A stretch of 64,000 nt of DNA. Origin: Octopus vulgaris. Its lineage: Eukaryota. Under the pieces are notes generated by a model. That model made no database searches. It saw nothing but the letters and a program-made list of their open reading frames with translations, and was not told where the DNA came from. How positions within the stretch are numbered: the first letter of the stretch is position 1; each line of letters begins with the position of its first letter. Below are positions 26,597 through 40,184 of the stretch, one piece after another. A program made the position numbers and the translations under genes. The DNA is taken from positions 44,764,001 to 44,828,000 of the forward strand of contig OX597827.1 of the NCBI GenBank assembly GCA_951406725.2. Reading direction: 5' to 3'.

Positions 26597-29500
26597 CTTA
26601 AAATTAATATAGGATAGGAAAAATTATGGAAATTTTTGTCTTCCAGTGGCCTAGCATGTATACAAAGTCAATAGACTTGCAAATTATTTTATTTGCTAAT
26701 TAAAGTTTGAAACCTAAGATCCGGCTGTAAAACATGGTAAATGTTTTTTATTTTTCATTCACTTCTAAATTGTTCTTAACTGTGGTTTGGACTCATTTGA
26801 CTGTTCCTTCTACTATATCAGGTGACCTGTTAAGGCCCATTTCTTTTGTGTACATATATTATATGGAATTCAGGTATGTGAGGTGAAGAAAAGATATCAA
26901 CATCTGGCTGAGACCTAACAAATCAAATTCTTTGAAGTTGTTTTTTATATAATTACTGGTGTTGTTTGCTGAGTCACTATGCTCAGTTTGGATTAAACAG
27001 ATCCACTACATAGATGGAGTCAGTCAACTACTTGTAGAATCCACAAACACTAACCACTTGACATGGCAATAGTCATTCAACTCACTTTTTTTTATTTTTT
27101 GTTTTTTTTCTTAAGGAGATACAGGCTAATTAAGGATAGATATACATGAAGAGGAGTCAAGCATTATCAACCAGATGCAAACATAATCTGGGGAATTAAA
27201 ATTTTTTATGAATATTGGGGTTTTCTCATCTTCGTCATCTCCATTATTTTTTTAACATCACTTTTCCAAACTTGCATGGGTCAAACTGAATTTGTAGAGG
27301 CAAGTTTTCTATGGTCTGATGCCCTTCCTGTCGTTAAGTCTCGTCTCCCCTTGGCTGGACACTTCCCACAGAAGACTGGAAACAAAAGACATGCTTCTTT
27401 TGATGGTGATAGTTCTTTTACAACTATCCCACCACATTATGTCAACGCATGGACACACACACACACATGTTGCTCTTAATTACTTTTTAATTGACCTGCT
27501 GGCTATTTGTGACATCAGTGTCTGAACAGACGCTGAAATTCTATATATTGTTGACAAGGAGATTCAATTGTTGTGTCACTAACAGATGTCTGTCACTGAG
27601 GAGCCTGGGTAGAGTGAAATCACGTGATCTGGCAATGCTGATGGCCCAAAGCAGATTGTCCTCATCTGTCAATGATATAAATATGAGTGCTTTTGTGCAC
27701 CACAAGTCCATTTAAGAGGTCCTCAATAAGGTAAATAATGCAGTATTCAGGGCTCTAAAAATACATCCATGTTAAGTTGCATACAAAGATTGCTTTTTAG
27801 TATTAATATTGCTTTTGTTGCTGTTAACTGTGTGTTTGTGTGTGGGGGGGTAGGGGGTGTACACTGGGTTTCTTTTAGTTTCTATCAACCAAATCCATTC
27901 ACAAAGCTTTTTGTCGGCCCAGGGCGATACTAAAAGACACTTGCCCAAGGTGTAATGCAGTGAGACTGAACCCAAAGTCATGAACTTCTTAAATACACAT
28001 CCATACATGTGCTTGTTAAAAAAAAAAACATCAGAAATCTTAAACCTCCTGTTTTCAATTGGTTGCTGTATGGTTTTGACGTAAAAAAAAAAGAAACCCT
28101 CTCAACAACCATATCTCCTTGAAAAAAAAACAAAAATCTTTCTGCAGCCTTCAAAGTCGAGGGGATTATGATTTTTAAACTCTCTAAATGTCAGGTAAAT
28201 ATATCCCAAGATGAAGTTATTTAAGTAAATAAAAAAAATCTTAAACTGTGACACACACACATACATATATATGTATATATATATATATATGTGTATACAC
28301 ACACATATATGTATATACACACACACACTTACACGTAAGAGTAAGTGGTTCTGATTTCAAAGTATTAAATGAATGCTATGAAAATTACTGCTATATCTCA
28401 TGTCAACTGAGCTAAACTGTATTTCAGTTTTACAAACTGGCCCTATCTACCCCTACTGTCTCAAAGCAAGCCAGTCTTCGTGCATTTAGCTTAGATGCAG
28501 TTGTAATGTATTTAAAATTTTATGGGGGGAGGGGGGAAGCACTGATAACTAAGTCCAGTGTTTAGATCCCATTAAATTCCTTCTGGTACAGGATACTGTA
28601 TCTCTTATCTTACATGTGTGTTTATATCATTGAACTGTCGCTATGCTGAAGTACTGTCTTGAAAAGTTTAATCAAACAATTGGTCCTAGTATTTATTTTT
28701 TCAAACTTGTACTTATTCTATTGGCCACTTTTACTAAACCACTGAATTACAGGGATGTAAACAACCCAACTTCGGATGTCAAGCAGTGTATGGCAGGGAT
28801 AAACAGAAACACACGCTTATACACAATGGGCTTCTTTAATTTTCCATCTACCAAATTCACTCACAAGGTTTTGGTCACACAGTGGGACTGAACCAAGACC
28901 ACATGGTTGGGAAGCAAGCTTTTTTAACCACACAGCCACATAGGTGCCTATGTAGGCAACATTTCCAGATGATCTGACATCAATTCCCAACAGCTGGATT
29001 GAATTATTCCCAAATAAAACCGTTCAGATCACTCAGTCTATAAGCCCTGTGATTTTTATGTCTACCTGCAGTAGACTCGATGCCTTGCTACCCCATGAGT
29101 AAAGAGCCTAACACCTTATTCACATTACCATTCTGTTTCTGCTTTGTTGTGGTTACTCTGTAATCTATTCGACATTACACCTGACAAGTCAACCCTGTTT
29201 ACTTTTGTTACATTTGTTTACTGTTAAATCTTCTCTACTGCAAACTGGACATGATGTTTGCCCTCGACTGCTTGCACTGCACCCCACACAAACAAATACA
29301 GGTAGCATGATGGAATGCAGTGTGTTGTAGCAAGCTGGAATTAGGCATGCTACATTTTGACCTGCCAGGCCAAATATTTGAATAAGGTGACATCCATGCC
29401 ATGGCTATAGTACTGTGGGCTTTATTTTATGACAATTTGGCTCTTTAGATTCTCTAAAGTCACTATACTGACTACCTGTATGAAGCTATAAGACTTTCTT

Positions 29501-30288
29501 ATTCTTTACCAAAGGGTGGCCTTGGCAGGAAAGAATTCTGTTGCCTGGAGCAGTTGTTTTCAACCAGGGTTCAGCCAGTACAGTCCAGGGGTTCCGCAAA
29601 AAGTTACAAAACTGCTAAAATCGGCAGTAATTTTTAATTCTGTGTCTGTGCAGATATGTGTGCATAAGACACGTCCCTACTTAGCAGTTCAAAGAGCCGA
29701 TAGAATAAGTACTAGGCTTACAAAGAATAAGTCCTGGGGTCGATTTGCTCAACTAAAGGCGGTGCTCCAGCATGGCTGCAGTCAAATGACTGAAACAAGT
29801 AAAACAAAAAAAAATATTGACTACCTGTATGAAGCTCCAAGTGCATTTACAATAAACCTGCGAATTTTATTGCCTGGAGGAAAGCTCCAAGTGCATTTAA
29901 AATAAACCTGCAGATAATCATGGCATCTAATGAGGGAAATGACTGAACCAAATAAAAGAGTAAAAAAATATGTAATTTACTTGTTTCAGTCATTTGACTG
30001 CAGCCATGCTGGAGCACCACCTTAACAGGTTTTAGTTGAAAAACTCGACCCTAGGACTTACTCTATCGGATCCTTTTGTCAAACCACTAAGTTATGGAGA
30101 CATAAACTCACCAACGTCAGTTATCAAGCGTTGGTGGAGGGACAAACACAGATGCAAAGAGCCACATGTAAATATATACATAAATATATATAAATTTATA
30201 TAAATTAGGATAAGATCGTTATTTAAATACCGATCCAAACATGTGGCCAGCATGGGAATAAAAACCTTCAAAGGTAATGGTTATTATA

Positions 30289-30430
30289 AAAATTATAATT
30301 TAGGGTATCTAAGAGATACCACCACGTGGGAAATAGCAGCCAAAACTTGACTCTAAAAAGTTTTAGAGTCAAGTTTTGGCTGCTATTTCCAGCGTGGTGG
30401 TATCTCTTGGATACCCTAAATTATAATTTT
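30289..30430. repeat. Near-perfect palindrome (70-bp arms, 2-nt loop)
   Basis: AAAATTATAATTTAGGGTATC...TTGACTCTAAAA-AG-TTTTAGAGTCAA...GATACCCTAAATTATAATTTT with about 3 mismatches. Confidence 0.9.
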
Positions 30431-30591
30431 AAAGATGTGTGTGTGTATATATATATATATATACACTTCTAATATATATATATTTCTTCTAATATAAAAT
30501 ACCTGTACATTATCTCCAAACCTTCTAATATATATATATAATCATCATCATTTAGCGTCCGTTTTCCATGCTAGCATGGGTTGGACTGCTA

Positions 30592-30733
<142 letters not shown>

Positions 30734-31611
30734 ATGTATATACGACAGGCTTCTTTCAGTTTCCGTCTGCCAAATCCACTTGCAAGGTTTTGGTCAGCCC
30801 GAGGCTACAGTAGAAGACTTTTGCCCAAGGTGCCACGCAGTGGGACTGAACATGGAGCCAGGTGGTTGGAAGCAAACTTCTTACAACACTGCCATGCCTG
30901 CACCTAAACGTGCGTGTGTGTGTGTTACACACACACACACACACACATTTCTATACTATTCTTCTCAACGAATAACAAATTTGTACTCTAGCAAATTTAT
31001 TGAGTAATTGTTCAGCTTAATGTAAATTCTTTTTTTGTTATAAAAACAAATAATACATACGTATTTAAGGCTATGTTTGTATATATGGTTGTAACTCAAC
31101 AAAATGTGTGAATGAATGAGAGAGAGAGAGAGAGAGAGAAAGATACAGAGCTTAACATACGTTTCGTTGCTCTTATAATATGACTTGAATGTGTGGTTCA
31201 CTGCGTGTATGTAAAATATGTGTGTATGTGAGTGTGTATACGTGTGTTTTAAGCTAGAGTTACCTACCTTGCATTGTCGAGTCCTGAGGAAGAGGAACGT
31301 AGTAGCTGTGTATGAATATGATGGTTGCATATCTCTATTGTTTTTAATAGAATTTTCTTTAAAGACAATACTAGTGGTGGTGGTAGTGATAGTAGTAGTA
31401 GTGGTAGTAGTGGTAGTGGTAGTAGTGTTGATGACTCATTTGCTACTATTTCCAATATTTGCTATAATGACAGGAACATGGAATAGTTTTTGCTTCTTCT
31501 GCTTAATGGATGAGAATAAAAACAAAATTATTCATAGTGGAGTGGAAAATGTGTGTTGATGAAGAGGTATGTATGCATCTGCTTAGATAGATAGATATAT
31601 ATATGTATATA

Positions 31612-31657
<46 letters not shown>

Positions 31658-31729
31658 ATATATAACACTTTCATATTTATATATATATATATATATATAT
31701 ATTCTTTCATATATACGTATGTATGTATG

Positions 31730-31786
<57 letters not shown>

Positions 31787-31807
31787 TTTCATATATACGT
31801 ATGTATG

Positions 31808-31848
<41 letters not shown>

Positions 31849-31854
31849 CATATA

Positions 31855-32102
31855 TCATCATCATCGTCATCGTTTAACGTCCGCTTTCCATGCTAGCATG
31901 GGTTGGACGATTTGACTGAGGTCTGGCGAACCAGATGGCTGCACCAGACTCCAATCTGATCTGGCAGAGTTTCTACAGCTGGATGCTCTTCCTAATGCCA
32001 ACCACTCTGAGAGTGTAGCGGATGATTTTACGTGCCACCGTCATGATGAGCCAGTCAGACAGTACTGGCAGCGGCCACGCTCAAATGGTGCTCTTTATGT
32101 GC
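31855..32102 (-). mobile_element. Family C element
   Basis: (CAT)n-CGTTTAACGTCCGCTTTCCATGCTAGCATGGGTTGGACG..., the reverse complement of the 3' part of 22303-22722. Confidence 0.85.
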
Positions 32103-32291
32103 CGGACAAATGAAAGGGCACTCAACACATTTATTGGGTGTTACATCATGTATGGATCTGATTTACATATATATATATATATATAGGCGCAGGAGTGGCT
32201 GTGTGGTAAGTAGCTTGCTAACCACTCAACACATGTTATCACTGGGTGTTACATCATGTATGGATCTGATTTACATATATATATATATATA

Positions 32292-32690
32292 GGCGCAGGA
32301 GTGGCTGTGTGGTAAGTAGCTTGCTAACCAACCACATGGTTCCGGGTTCAGTCCCACTGCGTGGCATCTTGGGCAAGTGTCTTCTGCTATAGCCCCGGGC
32401 CGACCAATGCCTTGTGAGTGGATTTGGTAGACGGAAACTGAAAGAAGCCTGTCGTATATATGTATATATATATGTATGTGTGTGTGTTTGTGTGTCTGTG
32501 TTTGTCTCCCTAGCATTGCTTGACAACCGATGCTGGTGTGTTTACGTCCCCGTAACTTAGCGGTTCGGCAAAAAGTGACCGATAGAATAAGTACTGGGCT
32601 TACAAAGAATAAGTCCTGGGGTTGATTTGCTCGACTAAAGGCGGTGCTCCAGCATGGCCGCAGTCAAATGACTGAAACAAGTAAAAGAAT
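32292..32690 (+). mobile_element. Young full-length SINE family A
   Basis: GGCGCAGGAGTGGCTGTGTGG...GGTTCAGTCCC...GTAAAAGAA with CpGs retained. Confidence 0.9.
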
Positions 32691-32712
32691 ATATATATAT
32701 ATATATATATAT

Positions 32713-32759
<47 letters not shown>

Positions 32760-32964
32760 ATATATATATATACATACATACAAAGAGGGTGAAATAAGCA
32801 TGTTCATAACTGAGAAGAATATTTTGAGAGAAAGCGTGTATATGTGTCTACCATCCACACACACACAGATGAAACTGTTCATTGGATAAATATATTGGAT
32901 AAATATATATATGTATGCTTATGTATGTATCTCTCTTTCTATATATGTGTGTGTACGTGTGTCT

Positions 32965-33735
32965 TTTGTCTTTTATTTATTTCAGTCTTCCGACTGCATC
33001 CATGCTGGAGCACTGGGCACTGCCTTGAATTTCAGTTGAACGAATTTCAGTCATCCGACTGCATCCATGCTGGGGCACTGGGCACTGCCTTGAATTTCAG
33101 TTGAACGAATTGATCCCAAGGCTTATTTTCTTCTTTTTTTTTTTAGGCATGGCGCTTATTCTATCAGTCCCTTTTGCCAAACCTCTAGATTACTTGGATG
33201 TAAATGCACCAACACCAGTAGTTGTCAAGTGGTGGTGGGTGACAATCACAGATGCGATAACATAGACATACATGGATATATATATACACACACACTCGAT
33301 GGGCTTCTGTCTACAGATTCCACTCAAGGCTTTGGTCAGCCTGAGGCTACAGCAAAAGTCACTTGCCCAAGGTGCCATGCTGGAAAATTGAACCCAGGAC
33401 CATATGGTTGGCTAGCAAATTTCTTACCATACAGTCACATTTGCACTTGTGTATATATAAATATACACAAGTGCAAATGTGACTGTATATATATTCTTTT
33501 ATTCTTTTACTTGTTTCAGTCATTTGACTACAGCCATGCTGGAGCACTACCTCTAGTCAAACAAATGGCCCCCAGGACTAATTCTTTGTAAGTCTAGTAC
33601 TTATTCTATCGGTCTCTATTACTGAACCAGTAAGTTACAGCGACGTAAACCCACCAACATCAGTAGTCAAGCGATAGTGGGGTGGGGGTCAAACACTGGC
33701 ATACAAACACACACACACATACATGTATATGTGTA

Positions 33736-33786
<51 letters not shown>

Positions 33787-33787
33787 G

Positions 33788-33821
<34 letters not shown>

Positions 33822-33975
33822 CTTCTTTCAGTTTCCATCTAACAAATCCCCTCACAAGGCTTTGGTCGGCCCAAGGCTATAGTAGAAGAGACTTGCCCAA
33901 GGTTCCATGCAGTGGGATTGAACCTGGAACCATGTGGTTGGGAACCAAGCTTCTTACCACACAGCCACTACTGCA
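32965..33975 (-). mobile_element. Two consecutive minus-strand SINE family A copies
   Basis: Reverse-complement family A sequences at about 32965-33450 (with an internal 64-bp tandem duplication at about 32980-33110) and 33493-33975. Confidence 0.8.
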
Positions 33976-34255
33976 TATATGTGTGTGTGTGTGTGTGTGT
34001 TGGACCTTTGAACTCTGTACATTTTTTCTCTCTCCGTTTTTTTTCATTTTCTCTCCATTTTTCTCCTCTTCATCTTTTCTGTTGAAGAGCATAGGCTCAA
34101 AACATTAAAGACTTTCCCATTTTCCCCCTTGTCTTAACCTAATACACCAGCTTGTTGTTCCTACACCTGTCTTCATCACTTGTTTCCTATAAATTTGAAC
34201 TATATAGCATGGACAATGGACATTAAATGATGATGATGATGATGATAATAATAAT

Positions 34256-35442
34256 GGTTTCAAATTTTTCTTGTGGGAGAGGATGAGTCAGTTACGTCAG
34301 CCCCAGTGTTTCACTGGTACTTAATTTATTAGCCCTGAAAGGATGAAAAGCAAAGTTGACCTCGGCAGAATTTGAACTTGGAATGTAAAGACAGGCAAAG
34401 ATACCACTAAGCATTTTGCCTGGTGTGCTAACCTTTCTGTCAGCTCACTGTCTTAAATAATAATAATAATAACGAGAGCACTCAGAGGGCACTAACCTCT
34501 GCCAAGGCAACACCAATGTCCTCTCAATGATTGACCACAGATGGTTAATAAAATGAGAATATCTGAAATAAACTCGACTGCTCTCTCAAACAAGAATACT
34601 AAAAATGAACCTGACTGCTCTCAAAAATTAAGTAAAAAAAACAGGAAAAAAAATCCAGGACCCTTGTCCGGTGCTAGATCAATTCCAAAATCTAATCAGT
34701 CCGTACCTGTCACAAAGCCAAACATTCCTGAAAGTTTCATCCGAATCCATCCAGCAGTTCTTGAGATATCTTGTCCACAGACAAACAAACAAACAAGCAC
34801 GAGTGAAAACAATACCTCTGCCTTCGCTAAGGCGGCAGTAATAATAATAATAATAATAACTCTTTCTGTCATAGGCGCAAGGCCTAAAATTTGGGGGAAG
34901 GGAGATAGTTGATTATGTCAACCCCAGTGCTTGACTGATACTCATTTTATTAACCCCAAACGGATGAAAGACAAAGATGGCCTCAGCAGAGCTTGAACTC
35001 CGAACATAAAAATGGATGAAACACTGCTAATCATTTTGAGACACAAGACCTGAAAGTTTTGGGGATGGTGCTGCTAATGGATCACATTAACCCCAGTACA
35101 TAACTGGTACTTTGTTTTATTGACCCTGAAAAGAGTGAAAGGCAATAGTTGAGCTCTGCGTAATATGAACTCAGAACATATTTTACCATCTCACCACCTT
35201 AATAATAATGGTTCCCAATTTTAGCACAAGGCCAGCAATTTCGGAAATGGTGGGAATTGATTACATCAACCCCAGTATTTAACTGGTACTTGTTTTATTG
35301 ACCTCGAAAGGATGAAAAGCAAAGCTGACTTAGGCTGAATCTGAACTCAGAACATGAAAACGGACGAAATGCCACTTAGCATTTTCCCTAACATTGCTAA
35401 TGATTCTGCTTGATCACCACCTTAATAACAATGATAACAATG

Positions 35443-35476
<34 letters not shown>

Positions 35477-35718
35477 TAATAATAGTGATAATCCTTTAGG
35501 TTATAGGCACAAAGCCTGAAATTTATGGGGGAGAGGGGATAGTCCGTTACATGAATCCCAGTGCTCAAATAGTATGTTTTTGATCGATCCCCTACCTCCC
35601 AAAGAATGAAAGGTAAATTTGATGTCAGTGGGATTTGAACTCTGAATGTAAAGATTAGTGAAATGCCACTAAGGCATTTTGTCCAGCACGGTAAGATTCT
35701 GTCATCTTGCCACCTTCA

Positions 35719-35720
<2 letters not shown>
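34256..35720 (-). mobile_element. Head-to-tail array of about five minus-strand SINE family B copies separated mostly by (TAA)n
   Basis: Recurring CTGGTACT...GGATGAAA.GCAAAG...TGAACTC..AA...AAGCATTTT...CACC.CCTT(A)ATAATAA at about 34256, 34860, 35040, 35208 and 35490. Confidence 0.8.
34471..34840. mobile_element. Non-autonomous Helentron/HINE-like element in (TAA)n
   Basis: ACCTCTGCC occurs near both ends, with a terminal hairpin CTGCCTT-CGCT-AAGGCGG, an internal (CAAA)n and (TAA)n flanks. The family assignment is by structural resemblance. Confidence 0.55.
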
Positions 35721-35760
<40 letters not shown>

Positions 35761-38700
35761 TTATAACAACAACAACAATAACAGCATAAACAATATCATT
35801 GATGTTGTTGAAGAATATTGATAATCTGTGAAGAAATATTTTAAAAGTGGCAAAAAGCAGTTCTATTGACATTTGCCCAGAGTCTTCTGACAAACACTGC
35901 TTCCACCACCGCCACCAATAGTACAACCACCATGTCAACCACTACCAGCAGCAGTAGCAGCAGCACCACCACCATTGACATAGACACCTCCACTACTGCC
36001 ACCACCTCTACTACCATCTTAACTATATGAAAATGTCTGTCTTGTTTTGTCTGTTCCAACTTATTATATATTTTAACTGAGCAAGCCAAGCCAAGCAGGC
36101 AAATCAATAATTTAACAGCAACATTAATGATTTTTTTTTTTTTAAACTTATTTATTTATTTTTGGAGTGTGTGTGTGTGTATGTGCACATGAGAGAGTGA
36201 ATGTGTGTGTGGTGTGTATGGCAGGGCAGCAAAGGAGGTAAGAAACAGATAGGAATAAAATGAAATAAAATAATGAGAAGAAGATGTAGTTGCAACATAG
36301 AATGGTATTTGCATTGCTTGCACTTTTACGAGTTCATTTACCATTATGATTTCCTAGAATTATGTTCCACTCCGTTCTTATTCATTTCTTTGTGTTCTCT
36401 ACGCTACTTAGAGGAAGAAGGATAGCGTCCATGACCTTTGTCAGTATCTTGGACACTAGTGTGAAGAAAGGAAGGAGTGAAGGAGGGTGTCTCCTCAATT
36501 GGACTAGACTAAGGGCCAAAAGGATTGCTACAGAGTGGAATCTGCTAAAGGTATCACATAACCAAGTGGCAATGAGTGACTGATTAAGATTATTTCTGCC
36601 AAAATAAAAATGGTTTTTCTGTGATTTTTCCATAGCTTCTGTCTACCAAATTTCTCTGATAGGGTTTTGGATACCTGCTCAAGGTACCATACACTGTTAC
36701 TGAACCCAAAACCATATAGTTACAATACAAACTTCTTAACCATGCTGCAATAGTTGCACCTATATTTATATTTTTTTAAGTTCACTTAGAATCTAAACAC
36801 ACCTTTGGTGTACCAATATGAAAAGCACTGTAGTAAGGTTGCAATATTAAACAATATTTAACTACTATTTCTAGCAGTTGGGAGTATTTCATGCTAGCTG
36901 CCCCTTTCATTTGAGTATTGTCGTTGTTTATCTCCTGTCATGAAATACAAGACTAAGAAGGCAATATAGGCCTAAGTTTGAATATGTAGTTAGCGAGTTC
37001 AAATTCCGCCGAGGTCAACTTTGCCTTTCATCCTTTCGGGGTCGATTAAATAAGTACCAGTTAAGCACTGGGGTTGATATATTCGACTTAATCCGTTTGT
37101 CTGTCCTTGTTTGTCCTCTCTTTAGCCCTTTAAGGCGGCGAGCTGGCAGAATCACTTGCACCAGGCAAAATGCTTATCAGTATTTGATGCAGTCCTGCAG
37201 TTCATTGGATTCTGAGATTGTCCTTCTTGTGCCAGTATGAAAGACGGATGTTAAACGATGATGATGATGATCTTGGTGAATGGTTAGGTTTTCTCATTCC
37301 TAACCAAAATTTCCAGAATGCAAATACCTCAGTTTTTCAATCATTTTCATACCTGTCATAACCAAATGTAGCAATATGTCTACATTGATCACATATCATA
37401 GATGCTTAACTTTTGGATTTTGGCTCGTAGCCTACAAAAATTGGACAGTTTATACCATTAAATATGGACCTAATGTCAGTTCCAGGTGAAGATGTTAGGC
37501 CTCCTACACCATGATAGAAACCATGATACTAAAAAATTATAGAGGCTAAGACACAACTCTGTTTCTTGCCATTTGTGGGAGAAAAATTATAGATATGTCT
37601 CCATTGCCCCTTAACACACATCAGTATACCACCATGGAATTGGTGCACTGCATACTTAAATATGGGTGGACAACCGTATCAGGGGAGAAATCTTAATAAA
37701 CTGCCATAATTCACTGTCATAAGCCTTTCTGAGATCAACAAAAGTCGTATACAAGGGTTGATTCTGTTCTGTAAATAGTTATATAATATATGTACTATAC
37801 AGTATATATCTATGTAAATACACACAAATATATATATACACATCATCATCATATATAAATAAATAAATGCTTAATGATCTAACATACATGTATACATGTG
37901 TGTGTGTATAACAATATCTCTCTCTCTATATATATATATATATACATCAATAAATACAGACATATGTACATATATATATATAAATATACATGTTTGTGTA
38001 AATACACAGTATACACACACCTATATATGTGCCTATATAAATATACATTGTGTGTGAATATGTATGTATGAATACACACACACATATACACACACACATA
38101 AATGTACATGTATATACACATACATACACACACATGTACACATGCAGTAAGATTCATTTAATATAAAGACGTTTATCATTTCAATTTCACTGTCTCACGG
38201 GATTTTTACTTCCATGATTCCATTAAAATCTTTGAGGATTATTGAACTGGGATTGAACAAAGAACATCATATTTGTGTACTAAACTATGTGGATACTGAC
38301 ACAAATGATGATGTACAGAAAAGAGCATAAGTGGGAGAGTACCAAGGGGAAATCATTTTTAAATCTGCATCAACACACATACATTCGAGTAGACGCTTAC
38401 AATGTTTTTGTTTATTTCTTTGTAAGACTAAGGGAAATATAAATGCAATCCGACTATAGCGTTTGGATCATGACAATGGGCTTATATAGAACAAGACCTT
38501 AGTCTCATATTCTTTCTCTTTCTTTCTCTCTCTCTTTCTGTCACTTGCTGTCTCATCACATCTCCTCTCTTCTCATGTTTGAGCATTTTGTTAAATACAT
38601 TATTACCACTAGACCATGGTTGAATGCACGCATTGTCACCATCATGATGTAACATTCATGTTCTATGCTGGCATGGGTTGGATAGTTTGATAGGGTCCAA

Positions 38701-40184
38701 TAGATCCAAGGACTGTATCTTACCCCACTACCTACTTTGGTATGCCCTTTCTAACACCACCTGCTTTACAGTGTGTAATGGGTACTTTTTCAGTACCGCC
38801 AGTCTAGTGTGGCCGTTATGCAGCTTCCAAGACTTTGAACCCATGGAAGGCAGCATTACTCCAGGAGTTGAGGGGTTAAAGCAGGAAAGAAGGGACCATA
38901 ACAGGTTCTTCTTAACACCAAATATTTCACAGCATGTACTGGGTACTTTTATTTTTGCTGTACCCCAAACCAGAGTAGTCACAATTGCAGCTTGCAAATC
39001 TATGAACTCTTGGAAGGGCTTCATTATTCCAGGATACAAGGGGTTCAAGCATGTGAGAAAGGGCCATAGCAGAACAGGTTTCTTGCTGTAGAGGAACTAT
39101 GTTGGACACCCACATTTTAGAGAAAAAGAATCAGAGTAATTGAGATGGAACTAGGAAGTGATAAAAATAGTGGGTGGCTAGACCCTCAAGTGTGAGGTGG
39201 GAAGAAAAGTGAGTGGGGACAGAGGAACCAGGAATGTGGAGAGTGGCAATTGGGGGAGTGAGAGATGGGGTATGAGTGAGGGATTTCAACCTGGAACATA
39301 AAGGAACAACATAACTACCACAAGGTTTGTTGTTTGCGGTTCCATCGATTATGCTAGTCCACTTCTATGTATACACATAGAATTCATGCACATATATACT
39401 TATGCACCAGAATGTATAAACACAGGCATATGTATACATACATATACTTCTGCACACTTGTACAAACAGACATGGATATATACTTCTACACACAGGTGTG
39501 TAAAAGCTCACATATGTATATGGATATATATTTATACATCAAAGTATATGAATACATGCATATACATATCTACATACACTTTTAGACATGTATAAACAGA
39601 CGTACATATGTACATGCGCATATACTTATGTAATAGACTCACACATATGCTTGTGTATAATATATACTTCTACATAAGTGTTTAGAAGGTAAGGCATTAA
39701 AAGAATTAGGAAAGTGATTTAATCTGTTGGTTTAAAGTTCCACTAATAAACCATCTCCCGATCCATCAGTTTTGATGGATGTGTCCATATTCATTTATCG
39801 ATTAATTGTCCATTCGCTTATCACTTATTTCTCTTTTCATGTTGCTCCATGCATTTACATTGGAAAGGAAGTCGAATCAGTGCGATGCCTGAGGAGGATT
39901 CTATTACAGTTGGCATCGATGTCTACATTAAGTTGTCAACATTGGAGTTTAGTCTTTTCTGCAAAAAGTACTGCTTAGTGGGTAGTTCTTACTCTTAAAT
40001 GGCTAGGTAGTAATCATAAACCTCTTCAAAGCAAGAGAGCACTCCATGTTGGTTATTGTCATTGTTTAAAACAACCACCACCCTACCACCACCCCACCCG
40101 CCACTCCCTTCCTGCGAGCCAAGGCATTTGATCAAAAGCATTTCCGCTGTGATTTTCTCATCTTTTTTTAATTTTTTTTGTTTC

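Noticed and set aside
32292-32365. tRNA gene
   Set aside because: The A/B boxes belong to a SINE head that continues into the SINE body; no complete cloverleaf is evident.
38678-39115. Overlapping 60-137-aa ORFs of ordinary composition
   Set aside because: No recognisable domain or convincing splice signals; the region follows a degenerate family C-like end and is probably TE-derived.
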